Positions 25,868 to 34,676 of a stretch of 58,093 nucleotides of DNA are shown here, one piece after another. Under the pieces are notes generated by a model. That model searched no databases. It worked only from the letters and a program-made list of their open reading frames with translations, and had not been told where the DNA came from. The position numbers and the translations under genes are program-made. Source of the DNA: Candidatus Angelobacter sp. (GTDB lineage Bacteria; Acidobacteriota; Terriglobia; Terriglobales; Acidobacteriaceae); NCBI GenBank assembly GCA_049688735.1, contig JBAVLE010000402.1:1-58093 (forward strand), read 5' to 3'. Position 1 is the first letter of the stretch, and every line of letters begins with the position of its first letter.

Positions 25868-26194
25868 TTACCAGCGGGGTTCGCGAGGCTGGCGCGCATG
25901 GCCGGAATAATCGTCCCTGCCTCCCCCTCCGCCGCGTCCGCCGCGATCAACTTTCGGACGCGCTTCATTCACGGTCAGCGCTCGCCCGCCTGAATCTTTG
26001 CCGTTCAAAGCGGCAATGGCTTTTTCCGCTTCGCTGTTGTTCGGCATTTCCACGAAACCAAAGCCGCGTGATCGTCCAGTGGCACGGTCGGTTACGACCG
26101 TCGCACTGTCAACAGTTCCGAACGGCGCAAACAGTGACCGTAGCTCGTCTTCGGAAAGGCTGAAGGAAAAGTTACCAACAAAAATCTTTTTCAT
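25868..26194 (-). CDS. RRM-type RNA-binding protein with RGG tail
   Basis: MKKIFVGNFSFSLSEDEL (RNP-2) and RGFGFVEM (RNP-1). C-terminal GGRGGGGGRD. Confidence 0.87.
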   Translation of the reverse strand: MKKIFVGNFSFSLSEDELRSLFAPFGTVDSATVVTDRATGRSRGFGFVEMPNNSEAEKAIAALNGKDSGGRALTVNEARPKVDRGGRGGGGGRDDYSGHARQPREPRW

Positions 26195-26497
26195 GGAAGT
26201 CCCTTTGCTAAATTCGAGATTGGTTCTCAGCAGAAATAGGCAGGCACTAACAGGCGACGTGTCTATCAGAGTCGAGGACGGAAAAATCATAGCAGGTAAA
26301 GTGCCTGCGCTCCATAAATTCAAATTTACGTTCGATATCGAACATTAAGAAATTGCAATCTTGGCGCGGTCATTGATGGCGTCCCGTTGGTCGCTCGAAG
26401 TAGTCGCACATACTCATTAGGCATGAGACATCCTGTATTGCCGGACTGCAATCTTATCTTTGTTACTTCCAAATTACCCCGCCCCAGATGAGGACTT

Positions 26498-27148
26498 ATG
26501 CCACATTTTGTTAGGGATATACAGGAGATCCGGCAACGCGCCATTCACAAGATGGAAGATGGCGCAGTAACCGAAAGTTATAAAGGCGACGTAAATAAAA
26601 CCGTTGAAATCCTGAATGAAGCCTTGGCCACAGAGATTGTCTGTGTCCTTCGCTATATGCATCATTACTTCATGGCCACCGGCGTTCATGCCAAAAGCGT
26701 TGCGGACGAATTCAAGGAGCATGCAGATGATGAGCGCGAGCACGCCGACTCGCTGGCGGAACGCATCCAGCAACTGGGCGGCAAGCCTAATTTTGATCCC
26801 AAAGGCCTGTTGGAGCGTTCTGTTTCACAATATGTTGAAGGTGAAACTCTGGCGGAAATGATCCGCGAAGACCTGATCGCGGAGCGCATGGTGATTGAGG
26901 TTTATCAGGAGATGGTCCGCTATTTCGGGACCAACGATCCCACTACGCGCATCCTGGTGGAAGAGCTTTTGCGCAAAGAAGAAGAGCACGCCAGCGATCT
27001 TTCTGACCTGCTGTACATCGCCAACCCTGAAACCGGCCAGTCGGAAGGCGAAGACCCTGGAACTGACCCGCTCAAGCTCGAAGAGAACGGCAAAACGCGC
27101 GAACGTACCGAGGAAGAGTTGAAGAAGGGCCGCAAACCGGCAGCGTAG
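26498..27148 (+). CDS. bacterioferritin-like (ferritin-like domain) protein
   Basis: ILNEALATEIVCVLRYMHHY, EFKEHADDEREHADSLAERIQQLGG and LLRKEEEHASDL, the diiron E/ExxH helices. Has an additional ~45-aa charged C-terminal tail. Confidence 0.8.
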   Translation: MPHFVRDIQEIRQRAIHKMEDGAVTESYKGDVNKTVEILNEALATEIVCVLRYMHHYFMATGVHAKSVADEFKEHADDEREHADSLAERIQQLGGKPNFDPKGLLERSVSQYVEGETLAEMIREDLIAERMVIEVYQEMVRYFGTNDPTTRILVEELLRKEEEHASDLSDLLYIANPETGQSEGEDPGTDPLKLEENGKTRERTEEELKKGRKPAA

Positions 27149-27660
27149 CAAGTATTCAACGTTCGGTCGTCAGCATTCGGCTAGAAGGTGGAGAAAAAAT
27201 TAGCCGCAAATCAACGCAAGATAGGTGTCAGTCTGGATCAACAGCGTAGCGCCAGCTGGCTTGGGAGCGCTTAGCTTGCGTTGCTGAGCATGGGCGGAAG
27301 GCGCGATAACAACAATAAGCAACGCCATCAACACGGGCAGAGGGAAGATTGACCGCAGCCTGGGTAGAATATAGCCATTGATCACCGGACCTTTGTTCTT
27401 GGTCAAGTTAGCCTGCGTAAAGACTGATGCGCTATACATAGCTTCCTGACGTTCACGTATTAGTGCACAACTTGGCGTTGCACTTATTGGCATTGAAATT
27501 CTTCAAGTCACTCTGGACCGCTGCCTAAACAGTTGAATACACAACTGGTCCTTGGGCCGACATGCTGCCAGCTATTCTTGTCACACTGCACCATGCTGGC
27601 CAGTTGCTGGCAGAGCCATGCATGTGACGGATCATCGGCGCAATTGAACAGGCTAAGTGT

Positions 27661-27752
27661 AGAGTCCCGGAGGGACGTCACAATCTGTTGCCGGCAGGGC
27701 AGTGTCCGGTACAATCGATAAAAATCAGAGTCCCGGAGGGACGGCACAATGT
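27661..27752 (+). repeat. two direct copies of a 26-bp hairpin-containing repeat
   Basis: agagtcccggagggacgtcacaatct (27661-27686) and agagtcccggagggacggcacaatgt (27727-27752). Each contains the GTCCC-GGA-GGGAC stem-loop. Confidence 0.55.
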
Positions 27753-27940
27753 CTTCTGTCAGCGGCCATTTTCACATCGTTTACAACATTAAAGGCCGCC
27801 TGCCCTCCATCCCGAAAAAACTTCAGCCAAAATTGCGGGCCTACATCGGAGTTCACGCGCTTGGGAAAAGACATGGTTTTGAAGATTGTGCCGTTCCGCC
27901 GCGCGGGACTGCTGGACTGTTATCGTCTTGCCACCGCTAG
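27749..27940 (+). pseudogene. N-terminal remnant of an IS200/RAYT-type Y1 transposase
   Basis: HFHIVYNIKGRLPSIPKKLQPKLRAYIG resembles the N-terminus of REP-associated/IS200 transposases (h-h-H-h-V-F-S-T-K-x-R ... P-x-L-x-A-Y-h-G). The HUH and Tyr regions are missing. Confidence 0.5.
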
Positions 27941-27964
27941 GTCCTAATTCGGGGTCTCGCGATC

Positions 27965-28735
27965 CTAGTGCGGTGCTGCGGGTCCGCTCACAAGCAACAC
28001 CATCTGTGTTCCGCTATCCAGCTTTACATTGTGGTCACTGGAGATGGCCACTGTCCCTTGAACGCCGTTCACTACCGATGGCCTCAGCGCTACTCCTGGC
28101 AGGCCAATTGCGCCCCGGCTCGCTGCCGTAAGGGGGCTTGACTGGCCGCTTCGAGTGGCTGCCTCCACGGCTGGAGCCGCGGATGCGCTCGGACCGCCCA
28201 CGGCATTGCCTGCTCCAAAGGGTTGGCCGCCCATCGCCGGCCCCGAGCTGACGCTATTTGGATCACCCGCAATCGTCGAGGATCCTCCGGCTGGCGGAGC
28301 CATGGCAATAACCACTGCCCTGAAGGCAAACTCTTCGCGGCTTTTATCTACTGCCTTGTCAAACACGATGCCCAGCCGCGATTCCGGATTCTCCTTGCTC
28401 CTGGCTTGAACCTCCGTAATATGTCCAACCAGCTTGGCCCCACGATGGAGCAGAATCCTTGGCCCGGACTTCACGTCCTGCGTCAGTTTGGCCCCGACTG
28501 GATCCCCAAGCTTGGCTTTCTTAGCGTCAACGCTGTTGGTAAGCTCGATCTGCAAGGCTGTTCGGCCACTTAGCTCGGCGGATGGCTCGCCCGCAGCGCC
28601 TTGCGTGGTTTGGCTTGCTGTGGCGTTCGCCTGGCCGCTCAGTGCAGCTAGCGCGCCGTGTGAACCATGTGCCACCGTGCCAATGGTCAACATGCCCGCT
28701 GCAAATGCGGTAATCCAATGTATATGGCGTTGCAT
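27965..28735 (-). CDS. secreted Gly/Ala-rich hypothetical protein
   Basis: Signal-like MQRHIHWITAFAAGMLTIGTVAHG. Consistent coding frame. No recognisable family. Confidence 0.6.
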   Translation of the reverse strand: MQRHIHWITAFAAGMLTIGTVAHGSHGALAALSGQANATASQTTQGAAGEPSAELSGRTALQIELTNSVDAKKAKLGDPVGAKLTQDVKSGPRILLHRGAKLVGHITEVQARSKENPESRLGIVFDKAVDKSREEFAFRAVVIAMAPPAGGSSTIAGDPNSVSSGPAMGGQPFGAGNAVGGPSASAAPAVEAATRSGQSSPLTAASRGAIGLPGVALRPSVVNGVQGTVAISSDHNVKLDSGTQMVLLVSGPAAPH

Positions 28736-29077
28736 AACGCGATTTTCTCCTGCTGGGATTGAAACCTTGTTCGGATTCTATAGATATGAACCCTCAGCAG
28801 GCTAAGTCTAATGGGGTGATTTCAGAAAGCAAGCGCAAACCATGCACCGGCCAAATAATATTGCGCTCTACGATCCGGTCCGTATCAGCCGCTGGGGTGC
28901 GTCGTATGGCCCTTGAGAGCAGCGGGGCAGATCCCTCACCTGCGCCCATGGTGTGTAGACGCTAACGGCTGCTGTGTGGGCTTCGGTTCGGGACGGCAAG
29001 CCATTGGAGGGGCATGAACGTGTATCAGATATTTTCGGTTTGTTTCACGGCTGAAAGCCCAACATTTATAAGCGCTG

Positions 29078-29641
29078 TTACGGCACGGCGAGGGCGAGGT
29101 CACGTTCAAGGCCACCCAGGCGAAGTTTGAGCACGATGCGTTCGCCGGAATCCATCTGGGCCATCTCGACGACCTGGTCCCATTTGACTTCAAGGTTTTT
29201 ATCAAGAACGCTGCTGGGCAGACGGTTGGTGATGTCATCTTCGTCATAAATCGCTCCGCGTTCCGCGCCCAGACCGGTACGAAATTGTTCGTCGTGACGG
29301 TGAAGCGCGACGCCGAGGCGGTCGTCATGTGTCATTTTACTGGGGGTCAGGGATTTTCCGTCCGCGTCTTTGAAACTGAGATCGGTGGCCAGGACTTCAC
29401 GCCGGAGATTGCGGCGGACATCGACGATGCCGAGACGCACGGCGCACCTGAGCGAGCCTTTGCGGACGTAAGCCATGGGATCAGGCTGGGATTTCCATCG
29501 TCCTTTTTCCAGAACTTGCTGGATGGCTGAAACAAATGACATGGGCAGGAATAGACGGCGCAGAAGTTGTTCCCACTGGGATTGGCAGGCGGAAAAGGGC
29601 TGGGTGGAGAGTGCGGTCAGAAGCTCAAGCTCCGCAGACAC
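29078..29641 (-). CDS. hypothetical protein with weak sigma-70 region-2/region-4-like segments
   Basis: PMAYVRKGSLRCAVRLGIVDVRRNLRRE and a C-terminal DSGERIVLKLRLGGLERDLALAVP that stops where a region-4 HTH would continue. The start is uncertain (GTG 29641 or ATG 29542). The track start at 29743 lies in a repeat. Confidence 0.4.
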   Translation of the reverse strand: MSAELELLTALSTQPFSACQSQWEQLLRRLFLPMSFVSAIQQVLEKGRWKSQPDPMAYVRKGSLRCAVRLGIVDVRRNLRREVLATDLSFKDADGKSLTPSKMTHDDRLGVALHRHDEQFRTGLGAERGAIYDEDDITNRLPSSVLDKNLEVKWDQVVEMAQMDSGERIVLKLRLGGLERDLALAVP

Positions 29642-29718
29642 TGAAACATTATAGGAGAATACATAACGAAAGCACAAGACGCCAGATATTGCCGCGGATT
29701 GCGCAGATAAGCAAAATC

Positions 29719-29750
29719 TAACCACAAGGACACGAAGGAACACAAAGGAA
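29719..29750. repeat. B-family triple 9-mer variant (inverted orientation)
   Basis: taaccacaaggacacgaaggaacacaaaggaa has the same ACCAC plus three purine-rich 8-9-mer architecture as the reverse complement of 10033-10060. Confidence 0.4.
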
Positions 29751-29853
29751 ACAGCGAGGGAAACAAACTGAAGAGCAGCGAATTTGTGACGCAGATTTTG
29801 TTCGGTCGTTATCCCTTGGTGTTTCGGAGTAATGAGGAACGGCTAGGAAGGGG

Positions 29854-30498
29854 TCAGGGTCGCTCAGCGGATTGAGATTTCGGGGCTGCGTCTGGGGCCA
29901 TGAGCCGTTTCAGGGCGTCGCGCAGTTGCTGGGGATCGCCGGATTTCACCAGAAAATCCTTGGCTCCAAGATAGTTGCTGAACACTTTTGACAGTTCGTC
30001 ACTATGTTTCGTCCATACCAGGATGGGGACCTGCTGCAACCGCGGCTCGGCATGGCATTTGCGCAACAGAGTAAAGCCGCTATCCAGGCCAAGGCCCAGG
30101 TCCAGGACGATGGCGGCGGGGGCCTCGGTCAGGTTGGAAACGATATCGTCCAGATGGTTCTCAGCTTCCTGTACACGGGTGATAAGCTGTACGCCGTCAT
30201 AACCGAGCTCATGCAGGGCACGGGTGCAAGTGTCAGAAAAGGCGGGCTGGTCCTCAATGAGGAGGATGACCTTGCGGAAATCGCGCATCTGCTGGTTGAG
30301 TTGCGCCAGCGATGCCTGGGTAACGTCACCAGTTTTGTAATTTACGATCTTTACCAGCGGCTGGGGAAGCAATTCATGATTGCGCTCACTGGCGGTCAAC
30401 TCAGGCTTTGTTATGCCCGGCTTCTCGCGGGTATCCTTGGTAAGCGCCGCAGCGTCTTCAGGACGGATCGCATTTTCAGGTCCATGCTTATTGGCCAC
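29854..30498 (-). CDS. stand-alone response-regulator receiver protein with ~85-aa N-terminal extension
   Basis: ILLIEDQP, IVLDLGL (phospho-Asp context), VWTK, AKDFLVK. GTG start with AAGGAG 8 nt upstream. No output domain. Confidence 0.75.
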   Translation of the reverse strand: MANKHGPENAIRPEDAAALTKDTREKPGITKPELTASERNHELLPQPLVKIVNYKTGDVTQASLAQLNQQMRDFRKVILLIEDQPAFSDTCTRALHELGYDGVQLITRVQEAENHLDDIVSNLTEAPAAIVLDLGLGLDSGFTLLRKCHAEPRLQQVPILVWTKHSDELSKVFSNYLGAKDFLVKSGDPQQLRDALKRLMAPDAAPKSQSAERP

Positions 30499-30565
30499 TG
30501 GATTGGCTCCTTATTGAGGAGAAAAGAACCGGTTAAACCAATAGACCGGGAGCTACTCGCGAAAT

Positions 30566-30832
30566 TTACTTTTTTACCGCCGCCACGCGGGCGCTGAGGC
30601 GGGATTTATAGCGCGAGCCGGTGTTCTTGTGGATGACGCCCTTTTTTACGGCTTTATCGATCATGGAAACGGTGGTGCTGAAGGCTTCATTAGCGGCCTT
30701 GGAGTCGCCGGTAGCCATGGTCTCACGCAGCTTGCGCAGCGCGGTGCGCAGACGGGAGGTGTTGGAGCGGTTGTCTTCCGTGCGTTTGGTGGTTTGACGC
30801 GCGCGCTTGAGCGCAGAAAAATGATTTGCCAT
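30566..30832 (-). CDS. rpsT: 30S ribosomal protein S20
   Basis: MANHFSALKRARQTTKRTEDNR ... IDKAVKKGVIHKNTGSRYKSRL. Confidence 0.93.
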   Translation of the reverse strand: MANHFSALKRARQTTKRTEDNRSNTSRLRTALRKLRETMATGDSKAANEAFSTTVSMIDKAVKKGVIHKNTGSRYKSRLSARVAAVKK

Positions 30833-30945
30833 TGTGACTGTATGGTTCCTATCAAATAAAGAGTTTTTCGGAGGGTCAAGCCGAAGATGCTATTTTACTT
30901 GGGTTTAGGGGCCTGGGTCAATGTGGCGGGGCGGGGAGAGAGTCG

Positions 30946-30977
30946 TCGCAGATTTACGCAGATAGGCGCAGATCAGG
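30946..30977. repeat. B-family triple 9-mer variant (CGCAGAT units ending ATCAGG)
   Basis: tcgcagatttacgcagataggcgcagatcagg parallels ccgcagagggcgcagagaacgcagagaaatcagg at 1213-1247. Confidence 0.4.
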
Positions 30978-30995
30978 AAGAGAGCAGGACTTACA

Positions 30996-31388
30996 ATGAT
31001 CGCCATGAATGGAACGAAGAGAGCGGCCTTTGCTGCGATGGCAGTCACCTTATTGTGCGGGTTGATGACTGGATGCCGATATAGGTCAGCGGCCTGCAAG
31101 CAAAGAGGAGTTGCTTTCAATGCACAAGTGAATGCACTCGAACGCGATGCGATAGACAAGCTGAAAATTGGCACCAAGAAAGAGGATGTAATCCGCTTTT
31201 TTGCGGAAAATAAGTTTCCGATTACCTTTGATCGTTCCTTTGCAACTGGGACGATTTTTACCTTGGGATGCTCGCCGAATGGATGTGGCACCGACCAAGC
31301 TGTGATTGGGCTCAGTGTCGATCTGGATGAAGCGGGCAGTGTGAAGGCGAAGCCGGTGGTGGTCGGGGGGTATGCGGACTGTTTGTAG
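30996..31388 (+). CDS. hypothetical lipoprotein
   Basis: Lipobox LMTGC after a hydrophobic signal. 130 aa. Confidence 0.6.
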   Translation: MIAMNGTKRAAFAAMAVTLLCGLMTGCRYRSAACKQRGVAFNAQVNALERDAIDKLKIGTKKEDVIRFFAENKFPITFDRSFATGTIFTLGCSPNGCGTDQAVIGLSVDLDEAGSVKAKPVVVGGYADCL

Positions 31389-31536
31389 TTCTTTCGGCGG
31401 AGAAGGTACTCCGCGATCGGGCTGCCCGTGGTCGAGAAAGATTAGAGAGCGGGTAAGAGACAACGGCGAATCCTGCTCCCGATATCCCCAGTCGCGCATC
31501 TAATATTAAAGCGGTGTAAAAGCTGCAGGAACTTTG

Positions 31537-31565
31537 TTGACTTGGGCAAATAACGGCGGTACTCT
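31537..31565 (+). promoter_or_regulatory. candidate sigma-70 promoter of the phoH operon
   Basis: TTGACT, a 17-nt spacer, then TACTCT, about 140 nt upstream of the phoH ATG. Confidence 0.3.
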
Positions 31566-31707
31566 CAGGCCAATGGTATTGCCTCCGCGTTCCGGTGGGC
31601 CAACGATCCTGCGTTTCCATGCACAAAGCAATCTTATGTTCTCTGTGCGCCATCAGCACGGAGTCCGGCGATCCATGCGCCATGAGAGGGTGACCCCAAA
31701 AAACTGA

Positions 31708-32724
31708 ATGAAGAAAAATATAGAAATCGTCCCTAATATCCAGAAGCTGTTTGGTATCCGCGATGAGAATCTCCAGTTGATGGAGAGCGGCCTGAACGTG
31801 AGTATTGACCTGAAATCTGATTCCGTCCAACTGGAAGGCGCCGCCCGGGACGTGGCCCGCGTTGAGCAGATCTTTACCGACTTTGACCACCTGGGCAGTG
31901 CCGGACAGGAATTTAGCGATGCTGACTTGAGCTCGATGCTGCGCGTGGTAGTGGCGGACTCAACCGCGACGCTGCGCGGCATGGCTGAAGCGGGCAAACA
32001 ACGATCGTTTGGCAAGCGGCAGGTGCAGCCCAAGAGCATGAACCAGCGTCGCTATATTGACGCCATTGAGAAATATGACATGGTGTTTGGCGTCGGGCCG
32101 GCTGGAACGGGCAAGACGTATCTGGCTGTGGCGATGGCAGTGTCGGCGCTGAACGCGAAGAGGGTGAGCAGGATTATTCTGGCGCGTCCAGCGGTGGAAG
32201 CCGGAGAGCGTCTGGGATTTCTGCCGGGAACGCTGCAGGAGAAAGTAGATCCCTATTTGCGTCCGCTGTATGACGCTTTGTATGACCTCATGGACCAGGA
32301 GCGCGTCGACCGCTTTTTGGAAAAGAACGTGATTGAGATTGCGCCAATTGCGTTTATGCGCGGCCGCACGCTGAATGATTCTTTTATCATTCTCGACGAA
32401 GCCCAGAACACGACGCCGGAACAAATGAAAATGTTTGTGACGCGCATGGGCTTTAATTCAAAGATGGTAGTCACCGGTGACATCACTCAGATTGACCTGC
32501 CAAACGCTCGCCGTAGCGGTCTGTTGGAAGCAATTGACGTGCTCAAGCCGGTGGATGGCATTTTCTTCAATTTCTTCTCTGAGGAGGACGTAGTCCGCCA
32601 CAATCTCGTGCAGCGCATCGTCCGCGCTTACGACGAACGCTCACGCAGCCAGCAAATGTCGTTGGAACTGCCGCGCGAGGTGCAGCAGGAGCAGGAGCCC
32701 AACGAGCCCCCTCTGCAACAGTAG
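31708..32724 (+). CDS. phoH: PhoH-family ATPase
   Basis: Walker A GVGPAGTGKTYLAV, FIILDEAQN, and the conserved phoH-ybeY-corC-era context. Confidence 0.9.
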   Translation: MKKNIEIVPNIQKLFGIRDENLQLMESGLNVSIDLKSDSVQLEGAARDVARVEQIFTDFDHLGSAGQEFSDADLSSMLRVVVADSTATLRGMAEAGKQRSFGKRQVQPKSMNQRRYIDAIEKYDMVFGVGPAGTGKTYLAVAMAVSALNAKRVSRIILARPAVEAGERLGFLPGTLQEKVDPYLRPLYDALYDLMDQERVDRFLEKNVIEIAPIAFMRGRTLNDSFIILDEAQNTTPEQMKMFVTRMGFNSKMVVTGDITQIDLPNARRSGLLEAIDVLKPVDGIFFNFFSEEDVVRHNLVQRIVRAYDERSRSQQMSLELPREVQQEQEPNEPPLQQ

Positions 32725-32820
32725 CAATTTAGTAGAATATTGGCGGGAGGGCAGTCATGGCCCTCCCGCTTTGTTTTGCGGAAACGGTCCACTTTGCGCT
32801 TTCGCCCTAACAGTCCGACC

Positions 32821-33393
32821 ATGGTAATTTTCGATTCACCTATCTCCGGCGCTTCTACCCGCAGCATAAGCGCTGCGCAGCTTCAGCGCTTTGCCCGACG
32901 CGCACAAACGCTGGCCCGCGTAAAAGGTGACGTAGATATCCTCATCGCCACCAACAAGCGGCTTCGCGATCTCAACCGTCGCTTCCGTCGCAAAAACAAG
33001 CCCACAGACGTGCTTTCTTTTCCTCTACCCTCCGGCGGTGACATCGCCATCTCTGCCCAAATCGCCCATGAGAACGCTCTGCGTTATGGCCACAGCCTGG
33101 CCGCCGAGCTAGGAATTTTGGTGCTGCACGGCATGCTGCATCTTGCCGGCTATGACCATGAGTCTGACAACGGACGCATGGCGCGCGCCGAGGCCAGTCT
33201 GCGCTCTCAACTCAAATTGCCTGCTTCGCTGATCGACCGCATGCATTCCAGCGCCAAATTGCCCAAAGCAAAGCTAACAGCCGCGCGATCAGCAAAAGCT
33301 GCAAAGAATTATCGCAAGCCAACCGCAGCAAAAGCCGCCAAAAGTAGCCGCAAGCCCGCAACCGCGAAACGCAGAACCAGGAGCAAGCCATGA
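32821..33393 (+). CDS. ybeY: rRNA maturation RNase YbeY with Lys/Ala-rich C-terminal tail
   Basis: PTDVLSFP and HGMLHLAGYDHE zinc motif. ATG at 32821. Ends with ~45 aa AKLPKAKLTAARSAKAAKNYRKPTAAKAAKSSRKPATAKRRTRSKP. Confidence 0.88.
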   Translation: MVIFDSPISGASTRSISAAQLQRFARRAQTLARVKGDVDILIATNKRLRDLNRRFRRKNKPTDVLSFPLPSGGDIAISAQIAHENALRYGHSLAAELGILVLHGMLHLAGYDHESDNGRMARAEASLRSQLKLPASLIDRMHSSAKLPKAKLTAARSAKAAKNYRKPTAAKAAKSSRKPATAKRRTRSKP

Positions 33394-34676
33394 CCTTGGT
33401 CGGCCTATACACGGTCATTCTGCTCCTTTGCGCGCTTCTGGTCCTCGTCTCCTATGTAGAACGTCTTTACACGGAGAGCGGCAAATTTCTAAGCCGTGAG
33501 TTTCAGGAAAACATTGAGGCCTTTGAAAATTTCGTCGAGCCTCGCCTGCTCCGTTCCAGCCAGCGCGCCGCTCTTACGTTTTCGGTGCTCACGCAGCTCA
33601 GCACGGCGTCCATTGCGTTCATCATCGGCTACCTGGTCTTTCGCGAGAATCATTGGATTTGGCCGGAAATCATTCAGGCCATCATCGGCATCATCCTCGT
33701 CATTATTGTTTGCAATCGGCTGTTGTCTTATATGCTCTTCACGCGGACGCGCGGCGTGTGGCTGGTGAAATTTATTCCGCTTTTGCAGGTCCTCATTTAT
33801 CTCATGTTGCCTATCACAGTTGCTCTCGGCTTCGGACTCTCCGTGGCTGCGCTGGCCCAGCCACATGAGCCAGAAGAGCCGGAGCATCCTTCAGAAGCCG
33901 TGGACGCGCTCATTGAAGCTGCGGAAGAAGAAGGCATTTTGGAAGAGAGTGACCGTCAACTCATCCAATCCGTGGTTGAATTTGGAGACAAGACGGTGCG
34001 CGACGTGATGACGCCTCGTCCTAACATCTTTGCCGTTCCCTCCACCACTACCATCGAACAATTTACTTCTCTACTGCGCGACAAACCGCATACCCGCGTC
34101 CCCGTCTATTCCACGAGCATCGATCAAATTGAAGGCATGGTGTTGGCACATGATCTCATCCAGCTTCCTGAAGCCGATGCCCGCACCACCACTGTTGCCA
34201 AGCTCGTGCGGCCCGTGCTGTTCGTGCCGGAAACAAAAATGACATCGCAGCTTCTGCGTGAAATGCAGAAAGACAATATCCACATGGCCATTGTCATTGA
34301 CGAATATGGCTCCGTCGCCGGACTGGTCACGCTGGAAGATCTAGTGGAAGAAATCGTTGGTGAAATTCGCGATGAGCATGAGCTCTCGCATGACATCGTT
34401 CGTGAAGGCGATCAGGCCTATGTAATGCAGGGTACGGTTGACGTGGGCCGACTTCAGGACCTTTTTGACATGCGCCTTGACCAGCGTGACACTACCACAG
34501 TCGGCGGCCTGGTCAGTGCGATTGCCGGCCGTATCCCGCAACCCGGCGAGGTGGTTGAAGATGAAGGCTTGCGTTTTGAAATCCTCGAATCCACAGATCG
34601 CAAAATAGAAAAGGTCAGGGTTTGCCGGTCACAGCCGGAGCAAGCCGACTCTTCTCCCCGACAGGCAGAGGCATAA
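33390..34676 (+). CDS. CNNM/DUF21-CBS-CorC hemolysin-family membrane protein
   Basis: N-terminal TM helices, a CBS-pair region and a C-terminal CorC/HlyC-type domain (LRFEILESTDRKIEKVRV). ATGA overlap with ybeY. Confidence 0.87.
   Translation: MTLVGLYTVILLLCALLVLVSYVERLYTESGKFLSREFQENIEAFENFVEPRLLRSSQRAALTFSVLTQLSTASIAFIIGYLVFRENHWIWPEIIQAIIGIILVIIVCNRLLSYMLFTRTRGVWLVKFIPLLQVLIYLMLPITVALGFGLSVAALAQPHEPEEPEHPSEAVDALIEAAEEEGILEESDRQLIQSVVEFGDKTVRDVMTPRPNIFAVPSTTTIEQFTSLLRDKPHTRVPVYSTSIDQIEGMVLAHDLIQLPEADARTTTVAKLVRPVLFVPETKMTSQLLREMQKDNIHMAIVIDEYGSVAGLVTLEDLVEEIVGEIRDEHELSHDIVREGDQAYVMQGTVDVGRLQDLFDMRLDQRDTTTVGGLVSAIAGRIPQPGEVVEDEGLRFEILESTDRKIEKVRVCRSQPEQADSSPRQAEA

Noticed and set aside
27200-27493. 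97-aa minus-strand ORF with one hydrophobic segment.
   Set aside because: It may be a small membrane or secreted protein. However, it has no RBS, no family resemblance and an uncertain start, so the evidence is too weak to list as a feature.
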